Notes under the pieces: model-generated
The model's input: only the letters and a program-made list of their open reading frames with translations
Database searches by the model: none
Told to the model about the DNA's origin: nothing
Translations under genes and position numbers: made by a program
Assembly: GCA_964528645.1 (NCBI GenBank)
Contig: CAZGSR010000006.1
Coordinates: 10,142 to 74,141 of the forward strand
Direction: 5' to 3'
Source of the DNA: an uncultured Mageeibacillus sp.
GTDB lineage: Bacteria; Bacillota; Clostridia; Saccharofermentanales; UBA5734
DNA: 64,000 nucleotides
Shown: piece by piece, positions 1 to 8,964 of the stretch
Position numbering within the stretch: position 1 is the first letter of the stretch
How the letters are laid out: every line of letters begins with the position of its first letter

Positions 1-172
1 TATGATGATCGAAACCAATGATCTGGCCGTATTTGATGCTTTGGTCGACAAAATGAATGGCTACTGGCACGCGTTCACGCCGGCATTGATTGAGAAAAGC
101 ATCCTGGAGTTTCAGTTCGAAGCCATGTCTTTCGTGGTTAAACCGAGTCGTAGTTGAAGCATTTGAATTCAT
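1..172 (-). CDS. hfq: RNA chaperone Hfq, N-terminal part (runs off the left edge of the window)
   Basis: Hand translation of the minus strand from ATG 172-170 gives MNSNASTTTRFNHERHGFELKLQDAFLNQCRRERVPVAIHFVDQSIKYGQIIGFDHH. This carries the Sm1 signature LQDxFLNxxRxxxxPVxIxxxxGxxxxGxIxxFD. GGAGGG lies at 184-179, 6 nt upstream. The order mutL-miaA-hfq is conserved. It is absent from the ORF track because it has no stop in the window. Confidence 0.85.
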   Translation of the reverse strand, partial: MNSNASTTTRFNHERHGFELKLQDAFLNQCRRERVPVAIHFVDQSIKYGQIIGFDHH

Positions 173-269
173 GGTGCACCCTCCATTTTTATTAAGAAGA
201 GCGTACTATACTATTCATCTGATGAACATGAACTGATTCAGAAATTATTCAACTATCCAGTTATTTTAT

Positions 270-1217
270 TTAGAAGATTGGCTGCTGTTTGATCGAATCA
301 ATAATGATCCTTGCTGCTTGTTCAGGACTTAGATCCTGAAGCCAATAGACATTCTCCAGGTTGCGAAACCAGGTGAGTTGGCGTTTGGCGTAGCGCCGGG
401 TGGCCTGAGCAATGTCAGAGATGGCTTCCTGGATCGTTTTCTGACCCATTAAATAGGCGATGATCTCTTTGTAGCCAATTGCTTGCCAGGCGGTTGACAC
501 TTGTGTGCCAGTGGTTGCATCGAGCAGCCGTCTGACTTCATCCACCAGGCCCATGTCGACCATGCTCTGGACACGCTGGTTGATTTTGTCATACAAGACT
601 TCCCGGCGGTGCGTCAGGCAATAGACTATAAAATTAAAATCCGGACCTTTGATGCGGGATTCTGCCAGATGTTCTGTTTTGGGTCTTCCTGTCTGGTAGA
701 AGATTTCCAGAGCCCTGATGATCCGCTTCTGATCCTGAGGTTTGATGGCCTGTGCTGCAGCAGGATCGACTTGGCTTAATTCCAGGTACAGGGTTTCGAG
801 CCCCTCTTCCCTCGCCCGCTGGTTCAATGACTCGCGCAGATGCAGGTCAACCGGCATGTCGACATAGTCGATGCCTTGGGTGAGTGCACTGATGTACTGG
901 CCGGTCCCGCCGCAGACAATCGCGAGTTTACCGCGGGACTGGATGTCCTGGATCGCTGCTGTTGCCAATGCTTTGAATTTCGCGACACTGAAGGTGTCAC
1001 CAGGTTCGCAACAATCAATCAGGTGATGGCGAACCAAAGCTTGTTCCTCCGGTGTGACTTTGGCTGTTCCGATGTCCATACCACGGTACAATTGCATCGA
1101 ATCTGCAGACACGATTTCCCCATGAAGCTCAAGGGCAACCTGAATGGCGGTGCTCGATTTGCCTGATGCTGTGGGACCACAAATGACCAGCACAGGGGGA
1201 GATTCGCGCTCAATCAT
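270..1217 (-). CDS. miaA: tRNA dimethylallyltransferase (isopentenyl-tRNA transferase)
   Basis: ORF 270-1409 trimmed to ATG 1217. The protein then begins MIERESPPVLVICGPTASGKSS (P-loop), 1 nt after the mutL stop. DSMQLYRGMDIGTAK is typical of MiaA. Confidence 0.92.
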   Translation of the reverse strand: MIERESPPVLVICGPTASGKSSTAIQVALELHGEIVSADSMQLYRGMDIGTAKVTPEEQALVRHHLIDCCEPGDTFSVAKFKALATAAIQDIQSRGKLAIVCGGTGQYISALTQGIDYVDMPVDLHLRESLNQRAREEGLETLYLELSQVDPAAAQAIKPQDQKRIIRALEIFYQTGRPKTEHLAESRIKGPDFNFIVYCLTHRREVLYDKINQRVQSMVDMGLVDEVRRLLDATTGTQVSTAWQAIGYKEIIAYLMGQKTIQEAISDIAQATRRYAKRQLTWFRNLENVYWLQDLSPEQAARIIIDSIKQQPIF

Positions 1218-1218
1218 C

Positions 1219-3108
1219 TCAGACGATCCTTTTGAATTGCTTTTCCAGCTCATAACGGCTGATCCGGATGATGACCGGACGGCCGTGAGGACAATGATAC
1301 GGGTCCTCCAGTTCAACCAGATCGGACAGCAGCTGTTCCATCTCACGGACATCCAGTTTGTCATGTGCTTTGATCGCTGCCTTGCAAGCCATGGAATAAT
1401 ACAACTCATCGATTTGTTCTTCTGAGTTTAATTTATCTGACATCAGCGTATCGAGAAGCACACGCATCGCAGCCTGTGGCTTGAGGGCAAAACGGCCACT
1501 GTCAGGCAGGCTGCGCAGGAGAATGGACTGGCTGCCAAAAGCTTCGAATTCAAAGCCCAGCTGCAGGAGGTTTTCCTGTTCGGCCAGGAGAACCGCCTGC
1601 TCCCTGGCTGATACTTCGATGGTTTGGGGGATCAATAATGGCTGAACGGCTGACGGACCCCGGGACCGGTGGCGTGCCACCAGCTGCTCAAACAAAATCC
1701 GTTCATGAGCAGCATGCTGGTCCAGAAGCAACAGATCCTGTTCATGTTCCAGAACCAGATAGGTTGTAAACAACTGGCCGATCAGGCGCGCCGAATGCAG
1801 GCTGGAGATCGACTTGGGCTGGAGTGCAGTCGAGGGTACCGGCTGGCTCTGTACCCTATTCTGTTCTGCTCTTTCCTGCTTGATTTCAGCCGCAGCCTGA
1901 TCCGGCAGGCCTGTCCTGTCCGGTGCATCCTGAACCATGACACCAGAGGGATCCGGTTCGGCCGCAGCGAGCTCTGGCGCATAGAATGCAGTGGCCGCGG
2001 TAGGTTCATTAACCAGCTGGGGCATGGTCATCTGGACAGCGCCTGAAACAGATGCGTGGGCAGCGCCTGAAACAGGTGCGAGGGCAGCGCCTGAAAAGGG
2101 TGTGCTTTCGATTATGGCACCACCCGACTGCAGGGCATTCTGGATGCCATGGTAGACGGCCCGGAAGACTGTTTGTTCATCCCAGAAACGGACTTCCATT
2201 TTCTGGGGGTGGACATTGACATCGACCAGCGGCGTGGGCAGATCGATTTTCAGGACCGCGAGGGGATGCTTGCGCTTCATCAGGTGTGTCGCATAGGCTT
2301 CATCGATGGCGGCACTGACTGCGCGAGATTTAACCAACCGGCCGTTGACATAGATGCACTGTTGGTTTCTGCTGTTACGGGCCGCTTCAGGGGTGCCAAT
2401 ATACCCTGAAACCTGAACCGGAGCCATCGTGTAATCCAGTTGATGGATCGAACTGGACGCTTCTTTACCAAAAACAGCAAAGATGGCACTGCGCAGGTCA
2501 TTGTTGCCCGGCGTATGGAGCAATTCATTGCCTTGGCTCACGAGCCGAAATGATACATCTGGCCGGGCCAGGGCGATCCGTTCCAGGACATCAGCCACTG
2601 CTGCTGCTTCTGAGCTGTCTTTTTTCAAAAATTTGAACCGGGCCGGGGTGTTGAAAAAGAGATTTTCGATGACCAGGGTCGTTCCTTCCGGACAACCTGT
2701 CGGTCGAAGAGTGACCAACTCCCCTGCCGTGATTTCGACCGCCGTTCCACTGGCCTGACCGATGGGACGAGTTTCAAGCCGGACTTTGGCCACTGCCGCG
2801 ATGCTGGCCAGCGCTTCGCCACGAAAACCCATGGTGGAAAGTTGCTCCAGGTCATCGATCGAGCGGATTTTACTTGTGGCATGACGGCCAAAAGCCAGCT
2901 GTGCATCGGTTTCATCCATACCGCAGCCATTGTCCGTCACCCGGATGGAGCTGATTCCACCCTGGCGAATCTCGACATGGATCACCGAAGCGCCAGCGTC
3001 GAGGGCATTCTCGACCAGCTCCTTGACCACGGAGGCAGGCCGTTCGACGACTTCACCGGCCGCTATGCTGTTGGCAGTCTGGGAATCCAGGACCGTGATG
3101 ACACTCAT
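1219..3108 (-). CDS. mutL: DNA mismatch repair protein MutL
   Basis: 629 aa. GHKL ATPase N-terminus (AAGEVVERPASVVKELVENALDAGA). C-terminal domain with DQHAAHERILFE and CPHGRPV. A low-complexity linker lies between them. Confidence 0.95.
   Translation of the reverse strand: MSVITVLDSQTANSIAAGEVVERPASVVKELVENALDAGASVIHVEIRQGGISSIRVTDNGCGMDETDAQLAFGRHATSKIRSIDDLEQLSTMGFRGEALASIAAVAKVRLETRPIGQASGTAVEITAGELVTLRPTGCPEGTTLVIENLFFNTPARFKFLKKDSSEAAAVADVLERIALARPDVSFRLVSQGNELLHTPGNNDLRSAIFAVFGKEASSSIHQLDYTMAPVQVSGYIGTPEAARNSRNQQCIYVNGRLVKSRAVSAAIDEAYATHLMKRKHPLAVLKIDLPTPLVDVNVHPQKMEVRFWDEQTVFRAVYHGIQNALQSGGAIIESTPFSGAALAPVSGAAHASVSGAVQMTMPQLVNEPTAATAFYAPELAAAEPDPSGVMVQDAPDRTGLPDQAAAEIKQERAEQNRVQSQPVPSTALQPKSISSLHSARLIGQLFTTYLVLEHEQDLLLLDQHAAHERILFEQLVARHRSRGPSAVQPLLIPQTIEVSAREQAVLLAEQENLLQLGFEFEAFGSQSILLRSLPDSGRFALKPQAAMRVLLDTLMSDKLNSEEQIDELYYSMACKAAIKAHDKLDVREMEQLLSDLVELEDPYHCPHGRPVIIRISRYELEKQFKRIV
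2038..2109. repeat. About 2.5 copies of a 24-bp tandem repeat inside the mutL linker
   Basis: Units are agcgcctgaaacagatgcgtgggc (2038-2061), agcgcctgaaacaggtgcgagggc (2062-2085) and agcgcctgaaaagggtgtgctttc (2086-2109, diverged). They encode the SGAA(L/H)A(P/S)V repeats in the MutL inter-domain linker. Confidence 0.8.
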
Positions 3109-5759
3109 CGACTCTTCCCTCCACTGGCTTTGGCTTTCTGTTGCAAGTCATAGAGCGTATTCAAGGCATCCAGCGGGGTCATCTGGCTGATGTCGAGCTG
3201 GCGCAGCGCAGCGAGCAGCTCACCGGCGCCCTGGCCAGCCATCGCTGAGGCAAACAAATCTATCTGGCCATCCATAGGCTTGGCATAGCGCCGGACTTTG
3301 CCTTTCATTCTGGCGTCGTTCTCAGTTTCAAGCTGGACCAGCAAGTCCCTGGCCCGTCTGACCACGGAGTCAGGCACTCCGGCAATACGCGCAACCTCGA
3401 TGCCATAGCTGTCATCCGATCCACCTTCACGGATCTGGTGCAGGAAAATGACCTCTCCTTCTGCATCGTCCACGGCCACATGGCAGTTGAAGACACCAGG
3501 CATGCTCTGGGCGAGGTCGGTCAGTTCGTGGTAATGTGTGGCAAACAGAGTCCGGCAGCCCAGAATCGCTGGATCCGAAATGTGTTCAATGACGGACCAG
3601 GCGATGGACAGACCATCGTAGGTGCTGGTCCCGCGGCCAATTTCATCGAGGATCAGCAAACTCCGCGCCGAGGCATGTTCCAGGATGGTCGCGACTTCAC
3701 TCATTTCCACCATGAAGGTCGACTGGCCACCACCGAGGTCATCTGAGGCACCAACTCTCGTGAAGACGCGGTCGACCAGGCCGATCCGGGCCGACTGGGC
3801 CGGGACAAAACTGCCGATCTGGGCCAGAAGGACAATCTGTGCCACCTGGCGCATGTAGGTTGATTTGCCGGCCATGTTCGGTCCGGTCAAAATCATCAGG
3901 CGGCGGTCGTTCAGGTTCAGCACGGTATCATTGGGGACAAACTGGCTGTCACCAAGCATTTTTTCCACTACCGGATGGCGTCCCCCGCTGATCAGCAGCT
4001 GGTCGGACAGATCAACCTCGGGCCGGCAATACTGTTGGCGGTCTGCCAGCTCAGCCAGTCCGGCCAGACAATCGATGGCGGACAAGGTTTTCGCAGTCTG
4101 TTGCAGGCGCGGTAGGTGTTGCAAGACCTGGTCCCGGATTTCACAGAATAATTCATATTCCAATGCAATCGATTTTTGCTCCGCACCCAGTACTGTATCT
4201 TCCATTTCCTTGAGCTCGCTGGTGATGTAGCGCTCCCCGTTGGCCAGAGTTTGTTTGCGGATGTAGTCATCTGGTACCTGGCTCAGGTTGGATTTGGTTA
4301 CATCCAGGTAAAAGCCGAACACTTTGTTGTAACCGACCTTGAGGCTGCGGATTCCCGTACGCTCACGCTCACGATTCTCCAGGTCGATGATCCATTGTTT
4401 GCCATCCCGGGCGGCTGCTCGCAACTGGTCCACCTGCTCGCGGAAGCCATCCTTGATCAGCTGGCCTTCCTTGAGGCTCAAGGGGGGCTCATCTTGGATG
4501 GCTGCTGTCAGCAAAACTTCGATATCAGCCAGGGGATCGAGCTTTTCTGCCCAGGAACGGATCGACAGGCTGTCGAGTTCCGAAAGACTCGTCACCAATC
4601 CAGGCAGTTTGGCCAAGGACCGGCGCAAGGCAACCAGATCGCGGGCATGGGCTGTTTTGAGCGCCAGTTTGCTGCACAGACGTTCCAAGTCGTGCAGGCC
4701 ATGCAATCGTTCCCGGATTTCCTGCCGCACCAGATAGGCAGCTTTGAAATCAGCGACCGCATTCTGGCGCGCCATGATATCGTGGAGACTCAAAAGAGGT
4801 TGTTCAACCCAGCGGCGCAACAGGCGTGACCCCATGCTGGTCATGGTCCGGTCAATCGCCCACAGGAGGCTACCTTTGCGTTGTTTGTCACGCAAGGTCT
4901 CAGTCAGTTCCAGGTTGCGCCGGGCATTGGCATCCAGAGTCATGAAATCGGCAGTCTGATAGGGCTCGATCCGGGCAATGTGGTCAGGAGCCTGGTGCTG
5001 GGTTTCCTTGAGGTAATGGATCAGGACAGCGGATGCCCTGGCCCAGAGCGCATGGTCATCCGCCTGGGGCAGGATGTCCCGCATGAATTCTGGCAGGAAC
5101 TCATGATCCGGACGACAGGACAACGTGACATTCGTACGAACGATGGATTGAAATTTGGTCACTGTTTCCGAAAATAGACTGTTGTGGACGATTTCAGCCG
5201 GATTCAACCGTGCCAGTTCATCGGCCAGTTTGGCAGTGGTTTGGCCGACGACCAGCTGGGTAGTTTCAAACAGTCCTGTTGATAAGTCACAGGCTGCCAG
5301 GCCGTAATACTGGTTGAGCTGGTAGACAGCAACGATGTAATTGTTGCGCTTTTCATCCAGCGCGGATGGCTCGAGAACGGTTCCGGGTGTGATTACCCGG
5401 ACAACCTCCCGGCGTACGATCCCTTTGGCCAGGGCAGGATCTTCCACTTGTTCGCAGATCGCTACTTTATAACCTCGGCTGACCAGTCGGTTGATGTAGT
5501 TTTCTGCTGCATGGTAAGGTACGCCACACATCGGAGCTCGCTCGCTCTGGCCACAATCCCGGCCGGTCAAGGCCAGCTCCAGTTCACGGGCAGCTGTCAC
5601 GGCATCATCAAAGAACAGCTCATAAAAATCGCCCAGACGAAAAAACAGCAAGCAGTCCGGCCAGGTGTGTTTCTGGTCGAGATACTGCTGCATCATCGGT
5701 GTGATGCGTGCCAGATCAATGTCAGCGTAGGTCAATCCCACGGCAATAAACACTCCCAT
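3105..5759 (-). CDS. mutS: DNA mismatch repair protein MutS
   Basis: 884 aa. N-terminal TPMMQQYL mismatch-binding domain, Walker A GPNMAGKST, and LLILDEIGRGTSTYDG. The start is uncertain: ATG 5759, GTG 5741, or TTG 5735 (the last would overlap the miaB stop as TTGA). Confidence 0.93.
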   Translation of the reverse strand: MGVFIAVGLTYADIDLARITPMMQQYLDQKHTWPDCLLFFRLGDFYELFFDDAVTAARELELALTGRDCGQSERAPMCGVPYHAAENYINRLVSRGYKVAICEQVEDPALAKGIVRREVVRVITPGTVLEPSALDEKRNNYIVAVYQLNQYYGLAACDLSTGLFETTQLVVGQTTAKLADELARLNPAEIVHNSLFSETVTKFQSIVRTNVTLSCRPDHEFLPEFMRDILPQADDHALWARASAVLIHYLKETQHQAPDHIARIEPYQTADFMTLDANARRNLELTETLRDKQRKGSLLWAIDRTMTSMGSRLLRRWVEQPLLSLHDIMARQNAVADFKAAYLVRQEIRERLHGLHDLERLCSKLALKTAHARDLVALRRSLAKLPGLVTSLSELDSLSIRSWAEKLDPLADIEVLLTAAIQDEPPLSLKEGQLIKDGFREQVDQLRAAARDGKQWIIDLENRERERTGIRSLKVGYNKVFGFYLDVTKSNLSQVPDDYIRKQTLANGERYITSELKEMEDTVLGAEQKSIALEYELFCEIRDQVLQHLPRLQQTAKTLSAIDCLAGLAELADRQQYCRPEVDLSDQLLISGGRHPVVEKMLGDSQFVPNDTVLNLNDRRLMILTGPNMAGKSTYMRQVAQIVLLAQIGSFVPAQSARIGLVDRVFTRVGASDDLGGGQSTFMVEMSEVATILEHASARSLLILDEIGRGTSTYDGLSIAWSVIEHISDPAILGCRTLFATHYHELTDLAQSMPGVFNCHVAVDDAEGEVIFLHQIREGGSDDSYGIEVARIAGVPDSVVRRARDLLVQLETENDARMKGKVRRYAKPMDGQIDLFASAMAGQGAGELLAALRQLDISQMTPLDALNTLYDLQQKAKASGGKSR

Positions 5760-7249
5760 TGTCCTTCGAGGGAGAAGGTCTTGGCCCGTGTGATCCGTAC
5801 CTGGCCAATCTGGCCTTCCAGCCGGGCAGGATCAACCGAGCCATCTGGATGGCAGAGTCCAGCCGGAAAGGGATAGTCGTCCGGCAACCGGAAATTGACC
5901 AGGCGATTGTGGGCAGTGCGGCCACTGAAGACCAATGGATCATTTTCACTGCGCCCCTCGATCAGGATCTCCTGGAGTTCACCTTCCACAGACTGATTGC
6001 TGGCCAGGCTGTGTTCATTCTGCAGCGCAGTCAAGCGGGAGAACCGGTCGCGCAGGGTCTTGTCATCGATCTGGTCCGGATATTCTGCAGCCGGAGTGCC
6101 CGTTCGCCGGCTGTACTGGAATGTAAAAGCGGCATCAAATCGGACCTGTTCCATGGTTTTAAGCGTCTGGACGAAGTCCTCTTCTGTTTCGCCAGGAAAT
6201 CCGACGATCAAGTCGGTCGAAATCGTCAGTCCTGGACGCAGGGAACGGGCTTTCTGGGCGATCGCTACAAAATCAGCTTGTGTGTAGTGACGGTTCATGG
6301 CACGCAGGATCCGGTCACTGCCTGATTGCAGGGGCAGGTGGATGTGTGGTTCGATCGCCGGATGGCAGGCGATCGTATCCAGCAGCTTGGGTGATAAATC
6401 TTTTGGGTGCGAAGTCATGAAGCGGATCCGGTAAATACCCGGGATCTGGGCGGCTAGCGCCAGCAGATCCGAAAAATCGGGCTGTCCGGGATCCATTTTT
6501 TGCAGGTCAGTTCCATAGGAATTGACATTCTGGCCCAGGAGCATGATTTCCTTGTAGCCTTTCGCCACCAGATCCCTGACTTCCGAGAGGATGTCTGCCA
6601 TCTGCCGGCTGCGTTCCCTGCCTCGTGTGTAGGGGACAATGCAATAGGTACAGAAATTGTTGCAGCCGTGCATGATCGTGACCAGTGCCCGGTGTTTTCT
6701 GGCCCGGTGGATGGGAAGGCCCTCAACCAGGGTGTCATCTTCACCAACCTCATACACGCGGCGCGTGTCCGTCAGGCGATGATACAACAGTTCAGGCAGG
6801 CGATAGATGTCCTGGGGTCCGAAAACGAGATCGACGAAAGGATAGCTTTGCCGGATCTTGGCCACAGCCTCCCCTTGCGTCATCAGGCACCCCGCCAGAC
6901 CAATGATCAAGTCCGGTCGATCGCGCCGGATGTTCTTGACGATACCCAGATGGCCAAAAAAGCGGTCATCGGCATTTTCGCGCACACTGCATGTGTTCAG
7001 CAGGATCAGGTCAGCTTCCCGCGGTGTGGCAACCGCCAGGTAACCCATTTCATCCAGGAGGCCCGCCATGCGTTCACTGTCATTTTCATTCTGCTGGCAG
7101 CCAAAGGTGATGATGTGATATCCCAAGGGCCGGTTCAGGAACTGAGCCCGTTCCTGGCAGGCCTTTTGCACCCAGTGGCTATACTGCGCTTGCTGTTTCA
7201 ATTCATGTTCAGTGATGGTTCGGATCGACAATGCTATGTACCTCTTCAA
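5732..7249 (-). CDS. miaB: tRNA-2-methylthio-N6-dimethylallyladenosine synthase (radical SAM methylthiotransferase)
   Basis: 505 aa. UPF0004 N-domain (ITFGCQQNENDSE), radical-SAM CxxxCxxC (HGCNNFCTYCIVPYTRG) and a C-terminal TRAM domain. Confidence 0.9.
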   Translation of the reverse strand: MKRYIALSIRTITEHELKQQAQYSHWVQKACQERAQFLNRPLGYHIITFGCQQNENDSERMAGLLDEMGYLAVATPREADLILLNTCSVRENADDRFFGHLGIVKNIRRDRPDLIIGLAGCLMTQGEAVAKIRQSYPFVDLVFGPQDIYRLPELLYHRLTDTRRVYEVGEDDTLVEGLPIHRARKHRALVTIMHGCNNFCTYCIVPYTRGRERSRQMADILSEVRDLVAKGYKEIMLLGQNVNSYGTDLQKMDPGQPDFSDLLALAAQIPGIYRIRFMTSHPKDLSPKLLDTIACHPAIEPHIHLPLQSGSDRILRAMNRHYTQADFVAIAQKARSLRPGLTISTDLIVGFPGETEEDFVQTLKTMEQVRFDAAFTFQYSRRTGTPAAEYPDQIDDKTLRDRFSRLTALQNEHSLASNQSVEGELQEILIEGRSENDPLVFSGRTAHNRLVNFRLPDDYPFPAGLCHPDGSVDPARLEGQIGQVRITRAKTFSLEGQWECLLPWD

Positions 7250-8298
7250 GCCAAATCGGCGATGGTCAGGACCAGTTCACGGGAATCCGGCCAGCCCAGG
7301 CAAGGATCGGTGATGGACTTGCCGAACACGCCGCCACCGATGGACTGGCTGCCTTCTTCGAGGTAGCTTTCGATCATCAGCCCTTTGACCAGGCTTCTGA
7401 TTTCTGGTGACAGGCGTCTGCTGTGCAGCACTTCCTTGGCGATGCGGGGCTGTTCTTTGAAACGTTTGTTGGAATTGGAGTGATTGGTGTCAATCAGGCA
7501 GGCCGGGTTTGCCAGTTCGCGCTGGCCGTACATTTTCGCCAGCATCTGGAGGTCTTCGTAATGGTAATTGGGGATCGATCGGCCGGAATGGTCGACGGCG
7601 CCCCGCAGGATGGCATGGGCCAGGGGATTGCCACTGGTGCGGACCTGAAAGCCCTGGTAGGCAAAGACATGCCCGTGCTGGGCAGCGTAAATTCCATTGA
7701 GCATGACGCTCAAGTCCCCACTGGTCGGATTTTTCATGCCGGCAGGCATATCAATGCCACTGACCGTCAGGCGGTGCTGTTGGTTTTCGACGGACCGGGC
7801 ACCGATGGCTACATATGACAAAAGGTCAGACAGGTAGGTGTGGTTCTCCGGGTAGAGCATTTCGTCCGCCGCGGACAGGCCAGTCAGCTCGATCGCGTGC
7901 AAATGCAGGCGGCGCAGGGCAATCAGGCCCCCTACCATGTCCGGTTCACGTTCTGGATCAGGCTGGTGGGAAATGCCCTTATACCCCTCACCCGTTGTGC
8001 GAGGTTTGTTGGTGTAGATGCGCGGCACGAGGACGAGCCGGTCGGCAACCTCCTCTTGCAGCAATGACAGGCGGTGGCAGTATTCCAGAACCGGTTCTTC
8101 GGAATCTGCCGAGCAGGGGCCGATGATTAAAAGGAATTTGTCCGACTGGCCAGTCAGGATGTCCAGGATCTCCTGGTCACGCCTTGCTTTGATCGCCAAC
8201 ACTTTCTCTGTGGCTGGGAATTGGCGGATGATTTCTTCGGAACTTGGGATGCGGGTGATGTATTCAAAACCCATGGGTACTTCTCCTGTTCTCTTCAT
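7246..8298 (-). CDS. aroG: 3-deoxy-7-phosphoheptulonate (DAHP) synthase, class I (AroF/G/H type)
   Basis: 350 aa. Motifs LLIIGPCS, RIYTNKPRTTGEGYKG and IDTNHSNS are typical of class I-alpha DAHP synthases. The stop overlaps the miaB start (ATGA). The start could be M1 (8298) or M9 (8274). Confidence 0.85.
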   Translation of the reverse strand: MKRTGEVPMGFEYITRIPSSEEIIRQFPATEKVLAIKARRDQEILDILTGQSDKFLLIIGPCSADSEEPVLEYCHRLSLLQEEVADRLVLVPRIYTNKPRTTGEGYKGISHQPDPEREPDMVGGLIALRRLHLHAIELTGLSAADEMLYPENHTYLSDLLSYVAIGARSVENQQHRLTVSGIDMPAGMKNPTSGDLSVMLNGIYAAQHGHVFAYQGFQVRTSGNPLAHAILRGAVDHSGRSIPNYHYEDLQMLAKMYGQRELANPACLIDTNHSNSNKRFKEQPRIAKEVLHSRRLSPEIRSLVKGLMIESYLEEGSQSIGGGVFGKSITDPCLGWPDSRELVLTIADLA

Positions 8299-8924
8299 AT
8301 TGGTTTCACAGCGGCAACATCGGGGATGAAATCAAAGACAAGATTCCCAAGATCTTCCCGCTGGATCATCTTGTTCAATTCTTTCGGATTTGTATAGGAT
8401 AAGATCAGGATATCAGCTTCGCTGTCATCCTGATCTGGACTTTTGATCTTCAGGAATATCAGTCGTGAATGACTCAGAGACGCATATCCGCGGCGGATCT
8501 TCTCTCGCACCAGGGACAAAAGTCTGGAGCTACCTCCTGACAGGGCCTTGAGGATTTCCCGGTCCGGGAGGGAATGGATCTGTTCCGCTGTCATGATCAC
8601 GATCTTGTCAAGCTGATGACGGGAGCATTGCCAGAGGTCATGATCGGTTTCAAACCGGATGTAATCCTGAGTGAAGAAAAGATTGACAGGTGTCGGGATC
8701 GGAAATGGCAATCCACCCAAATGACGGACCCTGCTGGCACTGGTTGCGCCCAGTTCGTGGCTTCTTAAGATCATGCGGTGATTGTCCTGATGGCGGCGGA
8801 AATTGATGGCAAATAAGGCAATCCCGCTGCCAATGACAAGAATAGCCGCCTCGGCTGGTGTCAACGAACCTGTCATAGCCAGTAGCAGACTGCTGATGAT
8901 CAAAACCAGGATCAAGCCCGTCAC
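8295..8924 (-). CDS. Hypothetical membrane protein (two predicted N-terminal TM helices plus a roughly 150-aa soluble domain)
   Basis: 209-aa ORF. Hydrophobic N-terminus MTGLILVLIISSLLLAMTG...AAILVIGSGIALFAINF. I recognise no family motif. It overlaps the aroG start by 4 nt, which suggests coupled translation. Confidence 0.55.
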   Translation of the reverse strand: MTGLILVLIISSLLLAMTGSLTPAEAAILVIGSGIALFAINFRRHQDNHRMILRSHELGATSASRVRHLGGLPFPIPTPVNLFFTQDYIRFETDHDLWQCSRHQLDKIVIMTAEQIHSLPDREILKALSGGSSRLLSLVREKIRRGYASLSHSRLIFLKIKSPDQDDSEADILILSYTNPKELNKMIQREDLGNLVFDFIPDVAAVKPI

Positions 8925-8964
8925 ACCGGTGCTCCTTTCTCATCTTTTGGATCAAACGATTGTA

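Noticed and set aside
2-157. Plus-strand open frame at the left edge (MMIETNDLAVFDALVDKMNGYWHAFTPALIEKSILEFQFEAMSFVVKPSRS) that looks like the C-terminus of a gene entering the window
   Set aside because: The opposite strand over the same bases encodes an unmistakable Hfq Sm1 motif with a good RBS, in the conserved mutL-miaA-hfq position. The plus-strand frame is the antisense shadow.
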